Below are positions 27,794 to 37,415 of a stretch of DNA of 64,000 nucleotides, piece after piece. This stretch comes from an uncultured Acidobacteriota bacterium (lineage in GTDB: Bacteria > Acidobacteriota > Thermoanaerobaculia > UBA5066 > Gp7-AA6). The first letter of the stretch is position 1; each line of letters opens with the position of its first letter. Position numbers and translations under genes: made by a program. The notes under the pieces were generated by a model. The model saw only the letters and a program-made list of their open reading frames with translations. It was not told the DNA's origin and ran no database searches. The stretch lies in contig CAVXOX010000004.1 in NCBI GenBank assembly GCA_963763535.1, forward strand, positions 8,254 to 72,253, written 5' to 3'.

Positions 27794-30157
27794 TCATTGC
27801 AAGTGAAACGTCTTCGTCATGAAGACCGCCATCTGGCCGCGGGTATTCGGGTTGCCAGGGCAGTAGTCGCCTCCGCCGCAGCCTCCCGTGACCCCTTCGG
27901 CGGCGAGCTGTTCGATCCAGTTGGCGAACGTCGACGGACAGGGAACGTCCGCGAAGATACCCGCGCACGTCGGAGGAACGTACGACGATCCGTGCTCCCC
28001 CTTCAGGAGAAACACGGCCATCTGGTCGCGGCGAACGGGCGCCTGAGGACAGAAGTCCCCTCCGCCGCACCCGCCCGTGATGCCCTCGGCCGCCATCTCC
28101 TCGATCCAATCGGCGAAGGCCGAGGGACAGGGAACGTCCGCGAAAACCCCCGAACAGGGAGGCGGCGTGAAGCACAGCCCGTGCTTGCCCTTGAGGATGA
28201 AGACCGCCATCTGCTGCCGAAGCGTGTCGTCGTTGACGCCGTAGAGGCCTCCGCCGATGCCCGCCGTGATCGCGTTCGACACCAGGGTCGTGACGTAGGA
28301 ATAGAACTGCTGGATGCTCGGCACGTCGAGAAAGTCGGCCACGAACGCCTTCACGAGCGTCCCGGTGGTGCCGTCGGTGTTCGTGACGACGAGGTCGTTG
28401 GCCGTTCCGGGAGCGAGGGCCGGAGTCGCAGCCTGCATCGACTCGTACGAAAAGACAATGACGTTCGTCGCGGACACGCCTCCGATCGTCACCGTCGCTC
28501 CCGAGAGGAAGTTCGTGCCCGAAATGTCCAGAAACGTTCCTCCCGCCGCCGGCCCGGAATGGACATCGACGAAAAACGGGAGCCTCTGCGAGAACTCGGA
28601 CGTGTTTCCGGAGGGATCCGTCGCGGTCACCGAGATCTTCGACCCGGCCGCCACCGCCGGCAGCGTCGACACGGTGAAGGGAGCGTTGCCGGTGCCGTCC
28701 GTCGTCACCTGAGAGGAGCCCAGGTAGGTCTCGCCCTGGACGTAATCTCGGGGGAAGTTGGAGCACGCGGCGTTGGCGTAAAAGTCGAGGTCGAACGTCG
28801 TTCCAGGCGTCGAGTCCAGCAGCCCCGTCACCGTCGTGTTGCCCGCGCCGTAAGTGATCGACGAAACGACGGGAAAGTTCTGAAGATCGTTCGCGCCCGT
28901 GTCTCCGTCGCCGAGATCGTTCGCGACGGGATGGCTCGATCCGGTGGAAAGCGAGATTCCGAGCGGTGCATTGTCGTGGATGGAGTTTCCTCGCAGCGTG
29001 TTGCGCGTCCCGCTCAGGACGACGAGGCCGGATCCGCCGTTGTACGCGATCAGGTTTCCGCCGGGTCCCCCGGGCGTCGACGATCCGATGATGCTGGGAG
29101 ACGCCGGCGTCGGCGACGACTGTACGCGCAAGCCGAGGAGCGTGTTGGGCAGGGGCAGCGTGTGCGAGTCGTCGACGCCGATGAAGTTGCCCTGGACGAC
29201 CATGCCGTCCGCGGAAAGGTCGAGGCCGATCGGGTTGCCGGAGACGAGGTTTCCCTCGCCGGGACCCGTTCCCCCGACCACGAGGCTCGGCCCGCCGAGG
29301 TCGATCCCTCCGATTCCATTGCCGAGCGCTGCCGTTCCGTTGATGTCGGTGCCGATCAGGTTCCCCTGGATCGTGACGTCGGGGTGGTTGTTGATCAGGA
29401 TTCCGTACATTGGGTTGCCCGAGATGAGGTTGCCGGCGCCCGGCCCTCCGATCAACAGCGGAGCGTCGGACGTGCCCGAAACGGAGACGATACCGCTGCC
29501 GTTGTTGGGGAGCGCCACGGTGCCCGTCGGGTCGGTGCCGATCTTGTTGTTCTGGATCGTTCCACCGCCGGAGTTCATGTTGATGCCGTGGCCGTCGTTT
29601 CCGGAGATGAGGTTCCCGTCGGCGGCGGAGGGTCCGCCGATCGTGAGGATCGCGGCCGCCACCTCGATGCCTTCTCCGTTCGGTACCGCCACGGTCCCCG
29701 TGGCGTCCGTGCCGATGTAGCAGGCCTGGACCGTAACGGGGATCGGAGTGGCCACATTGACGGCGGTGAGGCAGCCTCCGATGGCCAGGCCCTTGATCGT
29801 CGCTCCTCCGGCCCCGTCCACGCTGAAACCGCTGAAGATCGCGCCGCAGGTGATCTGGATCAAGGGCGAGCCCGAGTAACCCGGCTGGGTCGTCCCGTCG
29901 ATCGTCACGCCGCCGGTCGCGACGCTGAGAAAGGGCAGGCCGCTCGCGAGAGTGATCGCCTGAACGCCGGAGCCGGGGATGTCGAACGTGATCGTGTGCG
30001 GCCCCGGACCGCCGCCGTTGGCGTCGGTGATGGCCTGGCGGAGCGAGCCGGCGCCCGAGTCGCTGGTGTTGGTGACGGTAAAGATCGTTGCGGCGGCGAA
30101 ACGGGCGAAGAGCGTGGCGACGAAAGTGAGAACGAAGGCACGATGCATGCGGTTCAT
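27794..30157 (-). CDS. Secreted beta-helix protein with IPT/TIG and C-terminal triple SLH-like cassette
   Basis: Signal peptide, VTNTSDSGAGSLRQAI, GNLISGN/IQGNxIGT repeats, IPT domain, 3 QMAVF repeats, ends KTFHLQ. Confidence 0.88.
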   Translation of the reverse strand: MNRMHRAFVLTFVATLFARFAAATIFTVTNTSDSGAGSLRQAITDANGGGPGPHTITFDIPGSGVQAITLASGLPFLSVATGGVTIDGTTQPGYSGSPLIQITCGAIFSGFSVDGAGGATIKGLAIGGCLTAVNVATPIPVTVQACYIGTDATGTVAVPNGEGIEVAAAILTIGGPSAADGNLISGNDGHGINMNSGGGTIQNNKIGTDPTGTVALPNNGSGIVSVSGTSDAPLLIGGPGAGNLISGNPMYGILINNHPDVTIQGNLIGTDINGTAALGNGIGGIDLGGPSLVVGGTGPGEGNLVSGNPIGLDLSADGMVVQGNFIGVDDSHTLPLPNTLLGLRVQSSPTPASPSIIGSSTPGGPGGNLIAYNGGSGLVVLSGTRNTLRGNSIHDNAPLGISLSTGSSHPVANDLGDGDTGANDLQNFPVVSSITYGAGNTTVTGLLDSTPGTTFDLDFYANAACSNFPRDYVQGETYLGSSQVTTDGTGNAPFTVSTLPAVAAGSKISVTATDPSGNTSEFSQRLPFFVDVHSGPAAGGTFLDISGTNFLSGATVTIGGVSATNVIVFSYESMQAATPALAPGTANDLVVTNTDGTTGTLVKAFVADFLDVPSIQQFYSYVTTLVSNAITAGIGGGLYGVNDDTLRQQMAVFILKGKHGLCFTPPPCSGVFADVPCPSAFADWIEEMAAEGITGGCGGGDFCPQAPVRRDQMAVFLLKGEHGSSYVPPTCAGIFADVPCPSTFANWIEQLAAEGVTGGCGGGDYCPGNPNTRGQMAVFMTKTFHLQ

Positions 30158-30253
30158 GGCGCCTCCCTCGTGCCGCGGGATCCTACATCCGGAGTCCGCA
30201 GACGGCGGAGGTGGAACGCCGTCGTTTAGCGGGCGTTCACCGAGAGCCGGCGC

Positions 30254-32627
30254 TCAGAACGGCAGGTTGAACGTCTTCACCAGAAACACCGCCATCTGCT
30301 GCCGCAGGGCCGGGTCCGCCGGACAGTAGTCGCCCCCGCCGCAGCCTCCCGTGATGCCGCGGTCGGCGAGATCGTAGATCCAGACGGCGAAAGGATTCGA
30401 GCACGGCACGTCGGGAAACGTCGGATTCGTGCAGTCCGGCGGCACGTACGTGAATCCGTTCAATGCCTTGAGCAGGAAGACGGCCATCTGCTGTCGATTG
30501 ACCGGATTCGTCGGACAGAAATGGGTCAGGTCGCAGCCCCCCGTGATGTGCAGCCCCGCCAGCGCCTCGATCCAGGGGTCGAACGGATTTCCGGTGCACG
30601 GCACGTCCTCGAAGACCATCCCGGTGCACGGCGGAGGCGTGTAGCACAGGCCGAGCTCGCCGCGCAGGAGGAAGACCGCCATCTGCTGCCGCGTGACCGA
30701 CGCCGTGGGGCAGTAGTTCGGCCCGCCGCAGCCGACCGTGAGGCCGTTGGCGACGAGACCGCCGATGAACGGACTGAATGCGCCGTTGATGTCCACGTCC
30801 GAGAACTGCGCGACGTAACCGCGCGGCAGCGTCCCCGAGAGACCCGAGGCGTTCGTCAGCGTGACGTCGTTGATCGAGCCGGGCGGCAGCGCGGGCGCAT
30901 TGGCCGTGGCGGTCGTGTTGCTGTCGTCGACGTAGCCCGTGGCCGCCGTTCCTCCCACCATCACCGTGGCCGTCGGCTCGAAGAGCATTCCATCGAGGAC
31001 GAGCTGCTGCCCTCCCGATGCCGCGCCGACGAGCGGCGCCGAGTTCAGGACGAGACGCTGGGAGAACTCCGACGTGTTGCCCTGCGGATCGGTCGCCGTC
31101 GAGGAGATCCGCGAGCCCGGATCGACGACCACCCCCGTGAGAACGACGTCGATCTCCGCGATTCCGTTTCCGTCCGTCGTCACCGGCGAGGCGCCGATCC
31201 ACTGCTCGCCCTGCAGGTAATCCTTCGGGAAGCGGGCGCACGCCGGATTCGAGTAGAAATCGAGGTCGAACGTCGTCGACGCGTGGGAGTTCAGCGTACC
31301 GGTGATGTGCAGGTTGCTGCCTTCCTGAGCGACCGTCGCGACGATCGGGAAGTTTTGGCCGCCGTTGATCACATAGCCGTCGGCGTCGCCGGGATCGTCC
31401 GGGAGCGGGTTCGTCAGACCCCCGAGCGAGACGCCGAACACGTTGTTGTCGTGAATCGAGTTTCCACGCATCGTGGTGCGCGTTCCGCCGAGAACGACGA
31501 GGCCGGTCCCGCCGTTGAAGGCGACGAGGTTCGCTCCGGCGCCTCCGGGGCTGGACGTTCCGATGACGCTCGGCGACGCCGGGGTCGCGGAGGACTGGAC
31601 GCGCAGACCGATCACCCGTGTTCGGCAGCGGCAGCGTGTGCGAGACGTCGACGCCGATGAAGTTCCCCTGAATCAGCATGCCGTCCGAATTCAGATCGAG
31701 GCCGACGGGGTTGCCGGAGACGAGGTTCCCCTCGCCCGCGCCCGTGCCTCCGACGATGAAGGAGGCCCCGCCACCAAACACTCCGCTGGCGCCGTTGCCG
31801 AGGGGCAACGTTCCAGTCGCGTCGGTGCCGATCAAGTTTCCCTGGATCGTGACGTCCGGGTGACCGTCGATCCGGATGCCGTTCTGGGTGTTGCCCGAGA
31901 TCAGGTTCCCCATGCCCGGGCCGCCGATCAACAGCGGCGCCTTGAACACGCCCGTGACCGCGTCGATGCCGTTTCCGTTCGGCAGCGCGACGGTGCCCGT
32001 CACGTCGGTGCCGATGCGGTTGTTCTGGATCGTGCCGCCGCCGGCGTTCATGAAGATGGCGGTCGCATTTCCGGAGATGAGGTTGCCGTCCGAGGCCGAC
32101 GGTCCGCCGATCGTCAGGTTCGCGCTCGCGATCTGGACCCCGCCCCCGTTCGGCACGGCGACCGTTCCCGTGGCATCCGTGCCGATGTAGCAGGCCTGGA
32201 CCGTGACAGGAACCGGGGTATCGGCCCCGACCGCCACGCTGCACCCGCCGATGGCCAGACCCTTGATCGTTCCCCCGCCGGCGGCGTTCACGGTGAATCC
32301 GCTGAACATCGCGCCGCAGGTGACGTCGATCAGCGGCGAGCCCGCATAGCCCGGCTGCGTCGTCCCGTCGATCGTCAATCCGCCGGAGGCGACCGCCATG
32401 TCCGGAAGGGCACTCGCGAGCGCGATCGTATGGACGCCGGAGCCGGGGATGTTGAAGGTGATCGTGTGGGGTCCGGGACCGCCGCTGTCGGCGTCGAGGA
32501 TGGCCTGGCGCAGGGAACCGACGCCCGAGTCATTGGTGTTGACGACCGAGAAGGTCGCGGCGCGGGCGAAGGAGACGGCGAGCAGGAGCAGGAGGCACCA
32601 CGCGAGGACACGACCCTTCTGGACCAT
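30254..32627 (-). CDS. Paralogous secreted beta-helix/IPT/SLH-like protein (frameshift at 31615-31617)
   Basis: GGAGG RBS, ATG32627 MVQKGRVLAW signal peptide. Removing one G gives PNTVIGLRVQSS, colinear with the paralog's PNTLLGLRVQSS. Confidence 0.85.
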
Positions 32628-32677
32628 GACTTCCTCCGAGTGAAGCGCCGAGGTTATACCCGTTCTACAATGACTCT

Positions 32678-34267
32678 GTGTCGAGTCTCCCCCGTCCCGC
32701 CGTGTCGGCCTCCGGCTTTCTCTCGGCCCCGCCTGGCGTCCGCCTGGTGCACGCCTTCGACCGGCCGTACGAGAACGTCGTGGCCACGGCCCGCACCTGC
32801 TACTCGGCGAAGGGCATCGTCTCCGAGGACCAGGCGTCCGCCCGTCCCGACCGGCGCGATGCCCTCGCGAAGTCGATCTACGAGGCCGGCCATCACACGA
32901 CCTTTCAGCACGCCCATTTCCAGTTCGCGCTCGAGAACGTCTCGCGGCAGTTCCTCTGGACGTTTCTTCACTCGCATCCTTTTTACAATTCCGAGCAGGT
33001 CTCGCAGCGCTACGTGGAGGTCGGCCGGGGCCAGTACGCGATCCCGCCGCTCGGACCGGCGGAGCGCGAGCTCTACGAGAAGACCGCCCGTCGTCAGCAG
33101 GAGGCGTACGCACGGCTGACCGAGCTCCTGACGCCGCTCGCCGCCGAGCGCTACTTCGGGATCTTTCCCGGGCGGACGCGGGGAGACGGGCGCGTGCGGT
33201 TCGCCGGGGCGATCAAGAAGCGCGCGCAGGAGATCGCGCGCTACGTGCTGCCCGTGGCCACGTTCTCGTACCTGTACCACACGATCTCCGGCATCACGCT
33301 CTTCCGCTACTGGCGCCTGTGCGAGTCCATGGACGCGCCCGCCGAGCAGCGCGAGGTCGTCGGCCGGATGGTCGAGGAGGTGCTGCGGCACGATCCGCTC
33401 TATGCCTCGGTCCTCGAGGATCCCCTGCCGCTCGAGGAGACGCCGGAATTCGCCGCATTTCAGAGCCTCCCGCGGACGCGGTCGGCGGGCCGCGAGTTCC
33501 GCGAGGAGTTCGACCGGGAGCTCGGCGGCCGCGTGTCGCGCCTCGTCGACTGGAAGGCCAACAACGAGGAGGTCCTCGCGTCGGCGGTGCGCGAGATCCT
33601 CGGGATGCCGCGCGCCTCGCTCTGCGACGACGACGCGATCCGCCGCGTGCTCGACCCGTCGCAGAATCGCGTCCTCGCGGAGACCCTGACGCTGACCACG
33701 CAGGACAAGCTCTCGCGGGCCCTCTTCCATCCCGGCTACACGTTCCGCAAGAAGCTGTCGCACACGGCCGACAGCCAGGACCAGCGGCACCGCATGACCC
33801 CGGCGTCGCGTCCGGCGCTGCCGGCGTATCTCTCCGACGATCCCGACTACGTCCGCCCGATGCTCGTGGCCGACCTGCCCGAGGCGGACGACCTGTACCG
33901 GCAGACGATGGAGGAGACGTGGTCGGCGATCGCCGAGCTGCGCCAGCGGGGAGTCGCGGACGAGTTCGCCGCGTATCTCCTGCCGAACGCCGTCGCGATC
34001 CGCTTCACCGAGTCGGCAGACCTCCTGAATCTTCACCACAAGTTCGCCATGCGCCTCTGCTACAACGCTCAGGAGGAGATCTGGCGGGCCTCCCTGGACG
34101 AGGCGCTCCAGATCCGCGAGATCAATCCCCGGATCGGACCGTGGCTGCTGCCGCCGTGCACGCTGAGGCACCACGCCGGCGTGCGGCCCGTCTGCCCCGA
34201 GGGCGATCGATTCTGCGGCGTCGTGGTCTGGAAACAGGAGCCGAAGGATTACGATCGAGCGCTCTAA
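32678..34267 (+). CDS. thyX: Double-domain FAD-dependent thymidylate synthase
   Basis: ARTCYS, GHHTTFQH, SEQVSQRY, ARYVLP in domain 1; QRHR, AYLLPNA, RLCYNAQEEI, CPEG..FCG in domain 2. Confidence 0.85.
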   Translation: MSSLPRPAVSASGFLSAPPGVRLVHAFDRPYENVVATARTCYSAKGIVSEDQASARPDRRDALAKSIYEAGHHTTFQHAHFQFALENVSRQFLWTFLHSHPFYNSEQVSQRYVEVGRGQYAIPPLGPAERELYEKTARRQQEAYARLTELLTPLAAERYFGIFPGRTRGDGRVRFAGAIKKRAQEIARYVLPVATFSYLYHTISGITLFRYWRLCESMDAPAEQREVVGRMVEEVLRHDPLYASVLEDPLPLEETPEFAAFQSLPRTRSAGREFREEFDRELGGRVSRLVDWKANNEEVLASAVREILGMPRASLCDDDAIRRVLDPSQNRVLAETLTLTTQDKLSRALFHPGYTFRKKLSHTADSQDQRHRMTPASRPALPAYLSDDPDYVRPMLVADLPEADDLYRQTMEETWSAIAELRQRGVADEFAAYLLPNAVAIRFTESADLLNLHHKFAMRLCYNAQEEIWRASLDEALQIREINPRIGPWLLPPCTLRHHAGVRPVCPEGDRFCGVVVWKQEPKDYDRAL

Positions 34268-34408
34268 AGAGGCGCTCCCCACGGGAACACTCATGGACGA
34301 AACCCCTCACTCCGTTCCGCTGGAGCCCGGTTCCCACGGCGGCGCGAGCAGAGCCGCCTCTCCCCGGCGCTGTGCCTCCGCGTCGCACGGCTCGGCGGGG
34401 AGCGCTCG

Positions 34409-34846
34409 TTGTGGCGGCGCGTGCGGGTTCCGTCGCAGATGACGCTGCGGCGCCTGCACGCGGTGCTCCGTTGCGTACTCGGGACACCCGACATCGAGGC
34501 GCACCGGTTTCGGGTCGGCGACATCCTCTACGGCAACACGGCCGACGGTCTGCCGACGCGCGATTCCCGATGGGCGACGGTCGGCGACGTCTCGCAGCAG
34601 GGCTTCGCGAGCTTCGGCTACGAGCTCGCCGAGCCCGGCACCGCCGTGCACGAGGTGCGGATCGAGGCCCTCCTGGAGGATGTCGCCGTCGACTCCCGCC
34701 CCGTCTGTCTGGGGGGCGAGGGGGTCTGGCCGGCCGTCGGCGTCCGGCCGATGAGAGGCGAGGAGGGGGTCGCATTCATCGCCCCGGACGACAGCATCGG
34801 CTTCGATCTCAACGCGGTCAACGTCGCACTCGCCCGCCTGCGCTGA
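34409..34846 (+). CDS. pRiA4b ORF-3-like protein (N-terminus uncertain)
   Basis: (LCLRVARLGGERS)LWRRVRVPSQMTLRRLHAVLR...HRFRVG...FDLNAVN. ATG34293 is out of frame, so an indel or a CTG/TTG start is needed. Confidence 0.65.
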   Translation: MWRRVRVPSQMTLRRLHAVLRCVLGTPDIEAHRFRVGDILYGNTADGLPTRDSRWATVGDVSQQGFASFGYELAEPGTAVHEVRIEALLEDVAVDSRPVCLGGEGVWPAVGVRPMRGEEGVAFIAPDDSIGFDLNAVNVALARLR

Positions 34847-34861
34847 GGCTCGGATTCTGAG

Positions 34862-34880
34862 CGGGCCGCTTCGCGGCCCG
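34862..34880. terminator. GC hairpin between convergent genes
   Basis: CGGGCCGC-TTC-GCGGCCCG; no U-tract. Confidence 0.4.
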
Positions 34881-34956
34881 GCCGACGAGCAGTGGTCCAA
34901 CGAAGCCGAAACCAGGGAATCGCCGACTTTCTTTCTCGCGGCGTTCTCCCGCCGCG

Positions 34957-36222
34957 TTAAGCGAGCTCCCGGCCGGGGGCGTTCTCGTCCTTCACGGCGA
35001 CGGGCGTGCCGAGCACGCCCTCCCAACGGGCGACGACCACGGACGCGACGCAGTTGCCCATCACGTTGATCGAGGTGCGGGCCATGTCCATGAGCTCGTC
35101 GACCGCGAGGATCATCGCGACGCCCGCCTCGCCGGGCAGGCCGAACGAGGCGCAACCCGCGGCGATGATGACGAGAGAGGCGCGCGGCACACCCGCGACG
35201 CCCTTCGACGTCATGAGGAACGTCAGCATCATCAGGAGCTCGGTCGGGAGCGGCAGATGGATCCCGGCCGCCTGCGCGATCGTCAGCGACGCGAGAGAGA
35301 TGTACAGCGTCGAGCCGTCCAGGTTGAAGGAGTAGCCCGCGGGGATCACGAACCCGGCCACCGACTCCGGCACGCCGAACTCGACCATCTTCTCGAGCGC
35401 GCGCGGCAGGGCGGCCTCCGAGGAGGCCGTCGAGAACGCGAGGAGGAACGGCTCGCGGATCTTGCGGAAGAAGAGGCGCACGTTCGCGCGCGCGATGACG
35501 AGCGCGGGCACGAGCACGAGCAGCGCGAACAGGACGAGGGCGCCGTAGAGCGAGGCGACCAGCTTCGCGTACGAGCCGAGCACCGCGAGCCCGTGGTGGG
35601 AAACCGAGCCCGCCATCGCGCCGAAAACGCCGAGCGGCGTCAGCGCCATGATGTAGTCGGTCAGCTGGAACATCACGGCGACCACCGAGTCCATGACGCG
35701 CAGAAACGGCTGGGACTTCTGGTGGACGTGCGCCGCGGCGATGCCGACGAGCGTCGCGAAAACGACGACCTGGAGCACGTCCTGCCTCGCCATCGCGTCG
35801 ACGACGTTCGACGGGAAGAGATGCAGCAGCGTCTCGACCAGCGTCTTCGGCTTCGACAGCGCCTCGCCCGATGGCGGCAGCCGCAGCCCCTCTCCGGGCC
35901 GGACCACGTGCGCGATCGTGAGGCCGAGGGCGAGCGCCGCGGTCGTCGCGAGCTCGAAGTAGACGAGCGCCTTCACCCCCATGCGGCCGACCGCTTTGAT
36001 GTCGCCGGTCTTGCCGATGCCGACGACGATCGTCGAGAAGATGAGCGGCACGATCAGGAGCTTGATCAGGCTGATGAACGCGCGCGAGAGGAACCGGAAG
36101 GTTTCGTAGGCAGCCGGGTGCGTCTCGGCCGGGAACGCGAAGCCGCACGCGACGCCGAGGACGAGCGCGTAGAAGATGAGCGCCGTCGAGGAGAGCCATG
36201 CCGGCCGGCTGGACCGCCTCAT
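34957..36222 (-). CDS. Dicarboxylate/amino acid:cation symporter (GltP/DctA family)
   Basis: FISLIKLLIVPLIF, FSTASSEAALP, GYSFNLDGS, SKGVAGVPRAS, DMARTSINVMGN. Confidence 0.95.
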   Translation of the reverse strand: MRRSSRPAWLSSTALIFYALVLGVACGFAFPAETHPAAYETFRFLSRAFISLIKLLIVPLIFSTIVVGIGKTGDIKAVGRMGVKALVYFELATTAALALGLTIAHVVRPGEGLRLPPSGEALSKPKTLVETLLHLFPSNVVDAMARQDVLQVVVFATLVGIAAAHVHQKSQPFLRVMDSVVAVMFQLTDYIMALTPLGVFGAMAGSVSHHGLAVLGSYAKLVASLYGALVLFALLVLVPALVIARANVRLFFRKIREPFLLAFSTASSEAALPRALEKMVEFGVPESVAGFVIPAGYSFNLDGSTLYISLASLTIAQAAGIHLPLPTELLMMLTFLMTSKGVAGVPRASLVIIAAGCASFGLPGEAGVAMILAVDELMDMARTSINVMGNCVASVVVARWEGVLGTPVAVKDENAPGRELA

Positions 36223-36287
36223 CGCCGCTCCCCTCTCATCGCGGCGGAAGTCTAACCCCCGGCACCGTGGCCGGTTCGTCTAGGACG

Positions 36288-36650
36288 TCATCGCGCGCGA
36301 AGCGCGAGCGAGCTCTCCCGGACCCCCGAGCCGACCGCATGGCGGACGGCGACGATGCGGTTGATCTCCTCGACGAGCGTCTCGAGGGTCTCGAGGAACT
36401 CGAACACCATCCCGTTCCCGTCGACCGTTCGGCACGAGAAGCGAATCGCCGAACGAGTCGCGTCGATCTCGTAGCGCCGATGGACGGGCGTCTCCTCCTG
36501 CCGGGAGCGGAACTCGGCCGTCCACTCCTCGCCGGGCGCGGCCTCGAGGCCGACGCTGTACCGCGTGCTCGTTCCGAGCGACTCCCCCGAAAGACGGGAC
36601 AAGTCGAGTTTCACGTCCGCGGGGGGTCCGGTGATCCAGAGATCTTTCAT
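36288..36650 (-). CDS. Hypothetical protein (120 aa)
   Basis: AAGGACAGGA upstream of ATG36650; host-like codon usage; no family recognised. Confidence 0.65.
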   Translation of the reverse strand: MKDLWITGPPADVKLDLSRLSGESLGTSTRYSVGLEAAPGEEWTAEFRSRQEETPVHRRYEIDATRSAIRFSCRTVDGNGMVFEFLETLETLVEEINRIVAVRHAVGSGVRESSLALRAR

Positions 36651-36672
36651 GGCTGTCCTGTCCTTCTCCACC

Positions 36673-36688
36673 GCAAACCCGAGGCCAG
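36673..36688 (-). promoter_or_regulatory. sigma54 -24/-12 promoter
   Basis: Minus strand CTGGC-CTCGGGT-TTGC (TGGC-N7-TTGC), 22 nt upstream of ATG36650. Confidence 0.65.
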
Positions 36689-36806
36689 GCCGCCAAGTCA
36701 TTCAAAACACGTGTCTTTAGATCTGGCCCTCATGGAGGGAGGGCCGAAAATGTCACCGACGGTAACAGTACACCTGTCCGAAAGAACAGGAATCGGGTTC
36801 GGCGAG

Positions 36807-37268
36807 CTAATCGCGCCGCTTGAGCGACAGCGTGAGGACGAACTCCGCGGCGGGCTCCTCGCCCGGCTCGCCCGGCACGCGCGCGACGATCGTGACCGGA
36901 AGCTCCTCGCGCTCGCCGGTCTCGATCGCGCGCGCGACGAGCGCCGCGACGGCCGCGCCGTCCTCGCACGTGAACAGAACGCTGCCCTCGGCGCGGCGGA
37001 AGAACCGGGCGCGCACGTCCTTGAAGATGAGCGAAACGCGCCGGCCGCTGGCCTCGATGCGCCGCATCGCGGTCAGCGCTCCGGCGAGATCCGCTCCCGC
37101 GCAGAGCGCGCCGAAGTACATCGACCCGAGGTGGTTGCGGGTGCGTCGCGTCAGAGGAATGCGGACGACGGTGCGTTCGGGCGACGCCTCGACGACCGAT
37201 GGACGCAGGAAGAAGAGCAGCGGGATCCGGAAGAAGGTCCAGACCCGCAGCCGCATCGTCTCGGTCAT
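36807..37268 (-). CDS. PaaI-like hotdog thioesterase (DUF4442/YiiD-C)
   Basis: IPLTRRTRNHLGSMYFGALCAGADLAG, F..RAEG.V.F.C. Confidence 0.85.
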   Translation of the reverse strand: MTETMRLRVWTFFRIPLLFFLRPSVVEASPERTVVRIPLTRRTRNHLGSMYFGALCAGADLAGALTAMRRIEASGRRVSLIFKDVRARFFRRAEGSVLFTCEDGAAVAALVARAIETGEREELPVTIVARVPGEPGEEPAAEFVLTLSLKRRD

Positions 37269-37415
37269 CGGTGGCCCGGAGGCGAAGGTATCACCTGTCC
37301 TTCGCGAACTTTCAGCCCCCGGCGCGCGGCGCACCTGACCGAACGGACGGCTGACATCGCTCGAAAAGCGCGCGAAAATGGGTGGTGCCCCTCACGACAT
37401 AGAAGGAGTCTCTCG

